From positions 1-36,708 of the forward strand of contig JBFMCE010000035.1 of assembly GCA_040754655.1 (NCBI GenBank): 36,708 nt of DNA, read 5' to 3'. Positions 1 to 8,234 of this stretch are shown one piece after another. This DNA comes from Bdellovibrionota bacterium (GTDB lineage Bacteria; Bdellovibrionota; UBA1018; UBA923). Every line of letters begins with the position of its first letter. Positions within the stretch are counted from its first letter, which is position 1. Position numbers and translations under genes: made by a program. A model generated the notes under the pieces. That model saw nothing but the letters and a program-made list of their open reading frames with translations, searched no databases and was not told where the DNA came from.

Positions 1-47
1 GTAGAAGAACCTTTGGTTTTATTAATGACTTCCAATAAGTTTTTCAT
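1..47 (-). CDS. Probable antitoxin (HigA/XRE-like), N-terminal fragment running off the window edge
   Basis: ATG at 47, 2 nt after the toxin stop, preceded by GGAGGAAGGAG. Reads MKNLLEVINKTKGSS. Function inferred only from its position after a RelE-like toxin. Confidence 0.55.
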   Translation of the reverse strand, partial: MKNLLEVINKTKGSS

Positions 48-49
48 AG

Positions 50-352
50 TTATTTCTCCTTCCTCCGATAATCGTGGTCTGCGGTGATCTGAACCACCGT
101 AACCGTTATAACCTGGGCTGCCACCTTGTAGATGATTCGACCTTTGTACCTAAAAATCGACGAACGGTATCCTCTCCATTCGCCAAAAAGAGGATGGTCG
201 GCCCACTTGTGTGGCTGCTCCTGCAACTTCTCGGGTCCGTATTTCATGACAGTTTTTGCCCAAGTTTGGAAGGTTTCAAGATCATCGGCAGAGAGAGCTT
301 TCCCTTTGAAGACTTCAGCAGCCTCATCGGTGATGATGACTTTCCAAACCAT
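50..352 (-). CDS. Type II TA toxin, RelE/YafQ/HigB superfamily mRNA interferase
   Basis: 100 aa with N-terminal WKVIIT, DHPLFGEWRGYRS and RIIYKV, typical of the RelE fold. Confidence 0.85.
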   Translation of the reverse strand: MVWKVIITDEAAEVFKGKALSADDLETFQTWAKTVMKYGPEKLQEQPHKWADHPLFGEWRGYRSSIFRYKGRIIYKVAAQVITVTVVQITADHDYRRKEK

Positions 353-562
353 CTTATTGTTTATAATAACTTATTAAGAAGAGTAAGTATAGTCCTCGTG
401 CTGGTCTTGTTTTTACCAATCTTATCAATAGCATTCGGATAGCCGTTAACGGTTAACCGCGCCCGATTCTGTCCCCGCATCCGACCCTGTTTTGCCGGTC
501 TTCTACGACGCAACTCCTGCGCCGACAGGAGCTGACCCGATACCGGTAAATGCACTCGAACT

Positions 563-1330
563 TTAGGGTATTAACCGCACCAACGGACTACGCCTGATCG
601 CTTCGCACTGCCAATCGAGTATTTTTTCGCTCATATTATAATGCCAACCCGACAAGATGTTTTTGGGCTCTTCCTGATGATCGAAATCAACGAGAAGATG
701 GGCAAGTTCATGTGCATCCACGATTCTCGTGCCATGCTTTTGATATGGCCGGTAGAACTCTTCATTATTGAGAGTGCGCACGAAGCTGAAATATGCGGTA
801 CCCGCCAGTTTCGGTTCGAGTTTATTTGCATAGGCCGATTGTGCGTACGCAGGCCCCGCCCTCGATTCCACATCCTCCCAATAAAAAAGCACTGGTTTTT
901 CGGTTTCAGGAATTGAAACCGCGAGCATGCTATCGCTTCCTCTTTCGACTTGGACTTCATAACCTTCGGTCGTCGCGAATGGATTTTCAGTGCGACTGAG
1001 AAACCGAAGCCCAGGCGGAGCATCTACCACGACAAACTTGATTTGACTCACTCTCACTTTGCATTGGCTGTAGATCTCGGCGGCGTACAGAAGTCGTGTT
1101 TTAACTTCACCCAAAGTCCAGCCAGAGTTTCTGGCAATAACTGCTGTGATCGAGAATTCGTGCGTGTATTCTGCAAAAAGAGGACTGATTTCATTTGAGT
1201 TCAAAGTGCTGATTGTTGGGTTGTTAAAATGTGTTGCCCACTTCTTTTGCTCGTCATCCGAGATCGCCCAAGGCAGGCAAGTCACTAGAATGAGCGCACA
1301 AAACAGGGTGAACCTTCGTGATTGTGCCAC
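563..1330 (-). CDS. Secreted zincin-like metallopeptidase (HExxH)
   Basis: Signal peptide; HELAHLLVDFDH zinc motif followed by NIL and a terminal WQCEAIR helix; Cys pair in the mature part. Confidence 0.7.
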   Translation of the reverse strand: MAQSRRFTLFCALILVTCLPWAISDDEQKKWATHFNNPTISTLNSNEISPLFAEYTHEFSITAVIARNSGWTLGEVKTRLLYAAEIYSQCKVRVSQIKFVVVDAPPGLRFLSRTENPFATTEGYEVQVERGSDSMLAVSIPETEKPVLFYWEDVESRAGPAYAQSAYANKLEPKLAGTAYFSFVRTLNNEEFYRPYQKHGTRIVDAHELAHLLVDFDHQEEPKNILSGWHYNMSEKILDWQCEAIRRSPLVRLIP

Positions 1331-1337
1331 CGACTAT

Positions 1338-2591
1338 TTACCTTCTCTTATAAACCAATCCAATTTGATCTGAACCCACGAACTCAGCGCTGCCATTGAG
1401 TCTGATCACGTAACCCGCTCTGCGGTTTAGTCCTGGATTGAACCTCGTGACTGCGCTTGAAAGCAGGGCACCACTTGCATCTCGCGGACATTGCCCGTTA
1501 GGGCCAAGCTGACACACGCCCGAGATCGTGTAGACGCTATCGAATCCGACGTATTCCCATCCGTTAGTACGCCCTTGATTGATTCCAACTCCATTTCGCG
1601 TGAGTTGAATCGAGTCAGGTAGGGGCTCTTCGGTCAGAACAATGTACGAATAAATGTAAGCTTGTTGGATGAGCTGCAATTGCGCGTTGATACTGTCCAT
1701 CACGCTAAGCAATGAGCCACGATTGCAGAAATCAAAACGAGCGCCTGAAATAAGGCCTAAATTGAGCATCTCAAAGTATGAACCGCCAAACAGCGCTGTT
1801 CCACCCGGAGCCAAACAGTAGTTCGACCCGGTTCCATCACGCCAGCTGTTCGAAGCAACAGGATAGAAACGAATCAACTCTCGGTTGTTGTTCTTAAGCC
1901 CCAAGAGGTTATTGGCGTGAACTTGCAGTTGACTGTAATTGATCGAGCCATTTCGGTTGGGGTCAACCGTGTAGTCTGCGCCATTGGTGAAAACGACGAT
2001 GGCAAGAAGTGCGTCTTCACGAAAAAAGTTCACGCAGCTAGCGCCAGTACAAGTGTCAAAAGTGCGCGAGTTGTACAATCGCGAAAAAATGTTTTGATAA
2101 GTATAGTCGATGCTTCCCGTCGAAACAGTATTGTAAAGCAGGGGGAACTGCGACGGTTCATTCACGGCGTAAGCCGAAGGAACAAGGCCAGGGTTTGGAA
2201 GCGAAGGAATCGGAGTGCCATCGCTCAAAAAACCGGTATTGAATTCAGGGTTCACCAAAACTTGCTCAATCTCAGGTGGATTTGCGATCGGCACGCGAGC
2301 GACGTGATAGTCCCAGTAATAGGTTCCGTTGCGCAGATTGTTCGCAAAGCCGTTAAACTCAGCCTGCATCTCGTTGAAAACTGCGTTTCCTGAGGGTGTG
2401 TTGTCAGGAACGATCACGATATCGACTTTTGGGGGAAGGGCACGAAACCCGGGTGCCGCGGCATCGGCTGTGAATTCTGTTTTTACGAATTCCTCTTGCC
2501 CGCAGCCGCCTAAGACGACGCCAGCGCCAAGGGTAAGGCCGCACAGCAAGCTGATATAAGCGACACGCTTCCACTTCTTCAACAACAACAT
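1338..2591 (-). CDS. VWA-like lipoprotein with degenerate MIDAS
   Basis: Lipobox LGGC; KVDIVIVPDNTPS and FFREDALLAIVVFTNGAD resemble VWA strands; RBS GAGGAAG upstream. Confidence 0.7.
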   Translation of the reverse strand: MLLLKKWKRVAYISLLCGLTLGAGVVLGGCGQEEFVKTEFTADAAAPGFRALPPKVDIVIVPDNTPSGNAVFNEMQAEFNGFANNLRNGTYYWDYHVARVPIANPPEIEQVLVNPEFNTGFLSDGTPIPSLPNPGLVPSAYAVNEPSQFPLLYNTVSTGSIDYTYQNIFSRLYNSRTFDTCTGASCVNFFREDALLAIVVFTNGADYTVDPNRNGSINYSQLQVHANNLLGLKNNNRELIRFYPVASNSWRDGTGSNYCLAPGGTALFGGSYFEMLNLGLISGARFDFCNRGSLLSVMDSINAQLQLIQQAYIYSYIVLTEEPLPDSIQLTRNGVGINQGRTNGWEYVGFDSVYTISGVCQLGPNGQCPRDASGALLSSAVTRFNPGLNRRAGYVIRLNGSAEFVGSDQIGLVYKRR

Positions 2592-2618
2592 AAACTACTT
2601 CCTCGAAGACAAGATAAA

Positions 2619-2633
2619 GCAATGCCTATGCCA
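2619..2633 (-). promoter_or_regulatory. Sigma54 (-24/-12) promoter
   Basis: Minus strand TGGCATAGGCATTGC fits GG-N10-GC, 27 bp upstream of the 2591 ATG. Confidence 0.75.
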
Positions 2634-2694
2634 AGGTGCGTTGTATGTGTTGTGAGGGATTTGAGGGAGGATTAGAGTTAGTGGCCTGAACGGG

Positions 2695-2711
2695 TGTCAA
2701 AAGGTTAGACA
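2695..2711. promoter_or_regulatory. Putative enhancer-binding-protein site
   Basis: Inverted repeat TGTC-N9-GACA (TGTCAAAAGGTTAGACA) about 60 bp upstream of the sigma54 site. Confidence 0.5.
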
Positions 2712-2783
2712 GCAAACTTTAAGAGCAAGGCTTGTATTATTGGCGCCATTTTTTTAAGAGCAATCAGCGCATGTCCTTGCTCT

Positions 2784-2894
2784 TTAGGAGTAGGGCTTCA
2801 AGCCCCAGTACAAAAGAAGGGCGAGAACGGGAAGCACAACCGAAAGCCCCAAAGCTGCGAGAGTTCTTACATCAGGTTCTTTTTCGTGGTTCAT
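2784..2894 (-). CDS. Putative 36-aa single-pass membrane microprotein
   Basis: Manual translation gives MNHEKEPDVRTLAALGLSVVLPVLALLLYWGLKPYS*. It has about 20 uncharged hydrophobic residues and is not in the ORF track. Confidence 0.5.
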   Translation of the reverse strand: MNHEKEPDVRTLAALGLSVVLPVLALLLYWGLKPYS

Positions 2895-2976
2895 ACTTTA
2901 TTTAATACACGTTCTCATACATTTAGAAAAGCAGACTTTGCCTCGGTCACAAAAAATGCGCGCAAGAAAACGCGCG

Positions 2977-4023
2977 CTAAAAACACACAAAAGATTTTTG
3001 GCGCTCAAGCCCGATTTCAGCGCACAGGTCTTCACACGTCGCGCGCGCAGACGGGGTTCCGACGCCAAATACAGTGAAAGAGTCGGTCGTGACCGTGGCC
3101 CGCGTTTTCCATGTTTGAACATCAAAGACTGGCAAGCCTTGATAACGCGTGCCCTGGCGCCTTGGACTTACATCGACAAGCCCCACGATATTACAAACCC
3201 GCTGTAGGAGCGGAAGAAGCGCTTTTCCTTTGGGCCCAAGGCCTGCAAGATACACTTTCTGTTCTAGGCCAATGTGTTGAGCAAGTGCCTCAACCTTCAC
3301 TTGGTTGAACGCGCCCTCGCTATAAGTACTGTCTGAATGGGTGCGTGTGAGTCTTGAACTTGAGTCGAACCAGTCTACTAAAGCGTCGCCGGCGACTTTG
3401 AAGGCCTGCAACTTTGAATCGACACGAGACTTTGTAAAAAACCGATGCAGCCACTCGTAGTCTTCTGGAAGGTCACGCGTTTCACAATACCCTCCGACTT
3501 GTGAAAAAGCGTGGTGACTTACAAACCAAGTGGGGTGGGGCAGGGGCGAGTCGACCCAGAGTGCGTAAGAGAGTTCGCTGTGGGTGCGCGCAAAGTTGGC
3601 CCACTCGACGTGGCGGCGCATGCCTTCGGTTGAGGGGCGTGCATCTGATTCCTCGGTCAGGTAGTTGACCCGGCAACTGACAAGCGCTGCGTTTGGCTCA
3701 GTCTGGGCGAGTTTAAGTTGACGCTCAAACCGCTCAGGGTGCGCACGATCGTCGGCATCCATTCTGGCGATCCAAGAAGTTTTCACTTGAGAGAGCGCAA
3801 GATTCAGTGCGCGCGCAATACCACGGCCTTCGGTGCGCAGTGCCTTCAATGCGCTCCAACGCAATTGCCAGGTTCGTAAAATTTCCGCTGTAGCGTCGGT
3901 CGACCCGTCGTCGACCACGATGCATTCCGTGCAAGGCAGAGACTGCTGGTGAATTGACCTCAGCGCGCGTTCTAGAGTATGGGCGCCGTTTCTTACCGGC
4001 ATCAGTACGGTGATGGATTGCAT
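2977..4023 (-). CDS. Glycosyltransferase family 2 with C-terminal Rossmann-like domain
   Basis: ITVLMPVRN, VVDDGSTD, ARMDADD (DxD) and PEDYE motifs; C-terminal VYLAGLGPKG. Confidence 0.9.
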   Translation of the reverse strand: MQSITVLMPVRNGAHTLERALRSIHQQSLPCTECIVVDDGSTDATAEILRTWQLRWSALKALRTEGRGIARALNLALSQVKTSWIARMDADDRAHPERFERQLKLAQTEPNAALVSCRVNYLTEESDARPSTEGMRRHVEWANFARTHSELSYALWVDSPLPHPTWFVSHHAFSQVGGYCETRDLPEDYEWLHRFFTKSRVDSKLQAFKVAGDALVDWFDSSSRLTRTHSDSTYSEGAFNQVKVEALAQHIGLEQKVYLAGLGPKGKALLPLLQRVCNIVGLVDVSPRRQGTRYQGLPVFDVQTWKTRATVTTDSFTVFGVGTPSARATCEDLCAEIGLERQKSFVCF

Positions 4024-4172
4024 AGAAGCTCTTTAGCTTTTTTGAACCTTACTTTTCAAATAGTTATCGGTCTTTTATTGTTGATCTATTTAATCAATTA
4101 TTTTGTCGACTTTTGGCGCTCCGCCTGTTAACCTCTGGCGCCTCATTATTTTAGTTTTTGGAGTTGGATGCG

Positions 4173-5621
4173 ATGAAAGCTTTTTTTGGCCGCCGCCGAT
4201 GGGCGCAAGTTTTTGTAGGTTTAAGTGCACTTCTTGTCTTTGGAGCCTGCAGCAAGACAGAAGAAAAAAAGGGCGCGGGCAATGGATCGGGTGAAATGGA
4301 AGCCCGGCATCTTCGAGTCGAATACAACGCGCTGGCAGACCAGTACAATAGCGCCGTGAAAGATTCTTATTCCGTTTCTCAGGCGACAAGAGAGTCGGGC
4401 GCGTATTTGTTTGAGCTTGATCAAGCGTTGAATGAGCTCGCTGAAAGAATTGAAATCCTTGATCACAAGTTCACTGAATACGTGAATGGTCTAGAAACGC
4501 TTGATGCGCAATTAAGGAAAAAAACCGACAAGGAATATGGGGACGCGCTGAATGCCGTGACTGACAGCAGATCAAAGTGTTTTGACATTGTTTCTTCTCT
4601 TGAAGCTTCTTTGATAAAAACTCTTGCTAGCCTGCATGAAAACGCCGCAAACGCTTACGCGAAGCCCGAAGAGGTCAGAGAAAAGCTCGAGGCCCAACGA
4701 AAAGGTTTTTCCGCCCGGGGAAATACCCTTTCAGGAATGCGTAGGCTCATTCTGAACAGTGTACAGGAAGTTTTGACTCGGTATGGTCTTGTGCTTCACG
4801 AAAGAAAAGAAAAAGGGTTGATCCAGCATCTGCCGTCTGTGGTGACTCAAGCATCAGAAAAGGAGATCGAACTCGATGTGAAAGAGCAAAAAATTGGCGC
4901 GCTAAACTCTGCGTCTAGCGCGGTAGTTTCGGATACCCAGGGGCAAACCAAGCTTTTGAACGGGAAAGATGAAGTACTGAACTATGCCGAAACCCATGGA
5001 TTCGATATCGAGGCCGCCTACGACGCTTTAGAGATCGCGAAGTCTTCGGGCTCGATTGTGGGGTTCGCTGAAAACAGCGCTCAACTTGGAAACGCGATTC
5101 AAAACATGATTGCCCACGTGAAAAACACGATGAACCAGAACAACGGTGACTTAGAGCTCGTGTTCGCGTTGGATTATTCCGGCTCGATGAGCGATGACAT
5201 CCAAAGCGTGATCGCGAATTTGGCCGAGATCACAAAGGCTTTAGAGGCCGTTCACAAGAGCGGTCGAACCGTGAAGCTTGGCATCATAAGTTTTGGCGAG
5301 CCCAAGCGCGAGAAGGTTGAGCTTGAATTGACTTCAAATTTCGTATCTGTGCAAACTGCACTTGCTCGCCTTTTCGATGAGTACCATTTGAAGCAGCATT
5401 CAACCGATCCGGGTGAGGCCAGTTACCATGGGTTACAGATTGCTCTTGAAGGCATCAGCTGGTCTTCCCAGAACAAGACGATCTTGCTCATCACGGATGA
5501 GCCTGCTCATGAATTGCGCGTATCTGACTTTGAAAACTCCGCTATCGTTCGGAACGTGAATCAAAAGCTCAAGAGTTCGGTTACCGGAGTCGTGATTTAT
5601 CCGATTGTAGTCACTCAATAA
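4173..5621 (+). CDS. Lipoprotein with N-terminal coiled coil and C-terminal VWA domain
   Basis: ATG 4173 after GGAG; lipobox FGAC; intact MIDAS LDYSGSM and ITDEP; long helical N-terminal half. Confidence 0.8.
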   Translation: MKAFFGRRRWAQVFVGLSALLVFGACSKTEEKKGAGNGSGEMEARHLRVEYNALADQYNSAVKDSYSVSQATRESGAYLFELDQALNELAERIEILDHKFTEYVNGLETLDAQLRKKTDKEYGDALNAVTDSRSKCFDIVSSLEASLIKTLASLHENAANAYAKPEEVREKLEAQRKGFSARGNTLSGMRRLILNSVQEVLTRYGLVLHERKEKGLIQHLPSVVTQASEKEIELDVKEQKIGALNSASSAVVSDTQGQTKLLNGKDEVLNYAETHGFDIEAAYDALEIAKSSGSIVGFAENSAQLGNAIQNMIAHVKNTMNQNNGDLELVFALDYSGSMSDDIQSVIANLAEITKALEAVHKSGRTVKLGIISFGEPKREKVELELTSNFVSVQTALARLFDEYHLKQHSTDPGEASYHGLQIALEGISWSSQNKTILLITDEPAHELRVSDFENSAIVRNVNQKLKSSVTGVVIYPIVVTQ

Positions 5622-5767
5622 GGGATGGTCCGATCCCCTGATTATTACAATCTCACATGAACATCTCTGGTATCGCGGGCTCCCTTCGATTTCAGTTCTC
5701 AAGCGGGCCTTCTTTGTTACAATAAATTTTATTGTCGCGATAGTATCCATGAAGGAGACTCACAACA

Positions 5768-7195
5768 GTGCGATCTCGAGAGACAGTGAAGCCCAGGGAG
5801 CGCGCGATCTTGATCGCTGATCCCGATCGTGATTTTCTCAATACGTTTCGCACGGCCGAGGTGAAGGCCATCGCGCCCGGCGCTCTTCCTGTCACCGCTC
5901 CTTCAGGGCATGTGGCTCAAGAAATGATCGCTGATCCCAAACGCATGTTCCTCGGCATCTTCGTGAATCTTGATCTCGAGAATCCGAGCGCCGTTTCTGT
6001 GATTCGCTGCGCCTATTACCACAGACCGGCGACCCCGGTATATGTGTTGCAAGATGGAAAGCCTTCAACCTTGCTCGAGGTCGAGGACCTGTCAAAATTG
6101 GGTATTCGCAAGCTCCTCCAAAAGCCCGTGACCTACGCGGATATGGTGAAACTCGTCGCTCCGATCGCAATCAGCTTTGACGCTGAGAGGGTTTTGAACT
6201 CGTCTTATGCTGCGGATGACGGTTTTGATCCTTCTCAAGACTCCCACGACTACCTGCCTCTTCGAGCTGAGGATTTTTTATCGGGCGCAAGGTCGCTTTT
6301 CGACATCTATGTGCGCCTGAACACCGGTCGATACGTGAAGCTGTTGAAGGCGGGCGACTCCTTTACCGCTGCAAGGATTGAGTCTTACCTCATCCGTGGC
6401 GTCACCCATTTTTTCATTCGGAAGGAAGCCCAAGAGGACTACCTGAGGTACTGCGACTACCTTGCTTCGAATCTACTGCAGACAAAGAAGGCTCCGGCCG
6501 ACATGAAGGTTCGGCAGATGCTCAACTTTGGCGAGCAGACAATGAATTTCCTCAAAAACCAAGGCGTGGGCGATGCAAACTTGCAGTACGCTGAGAAGTT
6601 CATTTCAAACTTGAGCGAGCTCGTATTGCAATTGAGGCTTGAGCGAGAAACTGAGATCAGCGACTTCATCTCGAACGTCGCGGCCTATGAACACGGTGTG
6701 GGAACGGCCGTTTTAGCGGGAATACTTGCGAAACACATCGAGATCAAATTTGAAAAACCGCTTCATGCGATCGGCCTGGCCAGCCTTTTGCACGATATCG
6801 GCCTCTATCAACTGCCCAAGGAATTGTGGCATGAAGATGAAGCTTTGATGAGCCCAGAGCAGCTCGAACAGTACAAAACTCATCCCATGGTCAGCGCGCA
6901 ACTCATTCGAAAATTGCGCGCTATCGCGTCTGGGGTCACGCAGACCGTGAATCTTCACCATTTTCGGAAAAAAGGGAGGGGCTTTCCGTCAGAATACCCG
7001 TCGGTGACTTTGAGCAAGAGCGCCGAGATCGTGGGCATCTGCGATGAGTTCCACACTTTGATCCGCAGAGCGCTTGAGGATCCGTCATTTGACCTTTTAG
7101 ACCATCTTGAGCGAGAAACCTTCCCGGGGTTTTCAACGCAAATTGTTTATGCCTTTCGAAGTTGTTTCCTGGGGAAAAAGCCTGGGAAAAAATAG
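5768..7195 (+). CDS. Pseudo-receiver plus degenerate HD-GYP domain protein
   Basis: REC-like ILIADPD and LQKP, with the phosphoacceptor position reading FVNLD; LLHDIG; HHFRKKGRGFP instead of HHExxDGxGYP; RBS AAGGAG. Confidence 0.8.
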   Translation: MRSRETVKPRERAILIADPDRDFLNTFRTAEVKAIAPGALPVTAPSGHVAQEMIADPKRMFLGIFVNLDLENPSAVSVIRCAYYHRPATPVYVLQDGKPSTLLEVEDLSKLGIRKLLQKPVTYADMVKLVAPIAISFDAERVLNSSYAADDGFDPSQDSHDYLPLRAEDFLSGARSLFDIYVRLNTGRYVKLLKAGDSFTAARIESYLIRGVTHFFIRKEAQEDYLRYCDYLASNLLQTKKAPADMKVRQMLNFGEQTMNFLKNQGVGDANLQYAEKFISNLSELVLQLRLERETEISDFISNVAAYEHGVGTAVLAGILAKHIEIKFEKPLHAIGLASLLHDIGLYQLPKELWHEDEALMSPEQLEQYKTHPMVSAQLIRKLRAIASGVTQTVNLHHFRKKGRGFPSEYPSVTLSKSAEIVGICDEFHTLIRRALEDPSFDLLDHLERETFPGFSTQIVYAFRSCFLGKKPGKK

Positions 7196-7319
7196 ACGCA
7201 TAGCATTAAGTCGTCGGTCTGATGAATCCTCAGATCAAAACCTCTCACTTAATCCCGCCGCAAATACTCTCGCCAGTGCACGAATTCTAAGATAGACCCT
7301 CTTTTAGGGGAGGGAAACC

Positions 7320-8234
7320 ATGGCTTATTCTTGGCTTAGGGGGCGTGGTGCGTTTTTCGCGCGAGTTTTTCTTTTCTTGATGGTGGGGCTTCCAGTGGCG
7401 TTTGCCCAAGTTGATTCCGCCACGCAGATTCAAGACGATCTCCCCGGCAATCCGGTTCCCCCGGAGAAGACCCTTCCCAAATACGACGATACCGTTTTCT
7501 ATCGCACAACCACGATCGAAGCCCGTGGCGCTTATCAAGCCTTTGGCGACAACTCGGGTTATAGTCATGGGGCTGGCATTGGCGCCGTTGTTTTCTTGGA
7601 TGCAGGTAAATTGGGCATACTGGTGCGTGCAAACGTCGGGGGCTCAGAGCAAGGTTTGTATGCCTTTGCTGAAGGCGACATCCAATTTCGCGCTCGCTTT
7701 CGCATCGACCCTGACGAGATCTGGTGGGCTTCGTTTGGAGCCGACCTCTCAGGCCGGCACGCGCGGGACTCGCATCTTGATTCTTATGTGAACGTCCAAC
7801 CCATGGCCGCGATCGGCATGCTTTATCCTTTTGATGATAGCGGCCAATGTGTGCTCCATCTTTTCGCTAAAGCAGCCCTGGGCATTTGGGACACGAGAAC
7901 CCAGTCGCCTCGAAAATGGGACGCAAGTTTTGATACGCTGATTCGTCCTGGAGTGGGGGCAGAGACTCTCCTAGACTGCACGGACCTGCGCATTCGAGCA
8001 GACTATGAGCATGTGTTTGCTCTTGGAAGCGGTGGTGACGCCGACGCTGGTTCGCTTGAGTCGTCTTATGTCGTGCGGCTGAGCAGAAAGCCTGGAGAGA
8101 CTTTCTCAATTGGCGGATTCGTGCGTGGCGAGTTTTTGATTGAGCACGGCGCTTCAGGCCTTGATCCCGCTGATCCCCATGGCAAGACGCGCAGTATGGG
8201 AGGAGTCTTCGTAGGGCCTGAGATCAGGTTTTGA
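7320..8234 (+). CDS. Secreted protein, probable outer-membrane beta-barrel
   Basis: Signal peptide ending AFA; alternating amphipathic strands; C-terminal VFVGPEIRF ending in Phe; RBS GGGAGG. Confidence 0.6.
   Translation: MAYSWLRGRGAFFARVFLFLMVGLPVAFAQVDSATQIQDDLPGNPVPPEKTLPKYDDTVFYRTTTIEARGAYQAFGDNSGYSHGAGIGAVVFLDAGKLGILVRANVGGSEQGLYAFAEGDIQFRARFRIDPDEIWWASFGADLSGRHARDSHLDSYVNVQPMAAIGMLYPFDDSGQCVLHLFAKAALGIWDTRTQSPRKWDASFDTLIRPGVGAETLLDCTDLRIRADYEHVFALGSGGDADAGSLESSYVVRLSRKPGETFSIGGFVRGEFLIEHGASGLDPADPHGKTRSMGGVFVGPEIRF

Noticed and set aside
361..555. 64-aa ORF upstream of the toxin as the antitoxin
   Set aside because: No SD or domain signal; it runs over the hairpin and promoter region. 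The downstream ORF is a better candidate.
4264..4524. A7 tracts in the VWA lipoprotein gene as phase-variation sites
   Set aside because: Short, in frame, and explained by Lys/Glu codons.
7219..7240. Hammerhead ribozyme-like CTGATGA-ATC-CTCA-GAT-CAAA
   Set aside because: The essential GAAA reads CAAA, and I could not find convincing stems I and III.
7260..7275. Possible sigma54 site TGGCGAGAGTATTTGC on the minus strand
   Set aside because: GG-GC spacing is 11 rather than 10, and no gene follows in that orientation.
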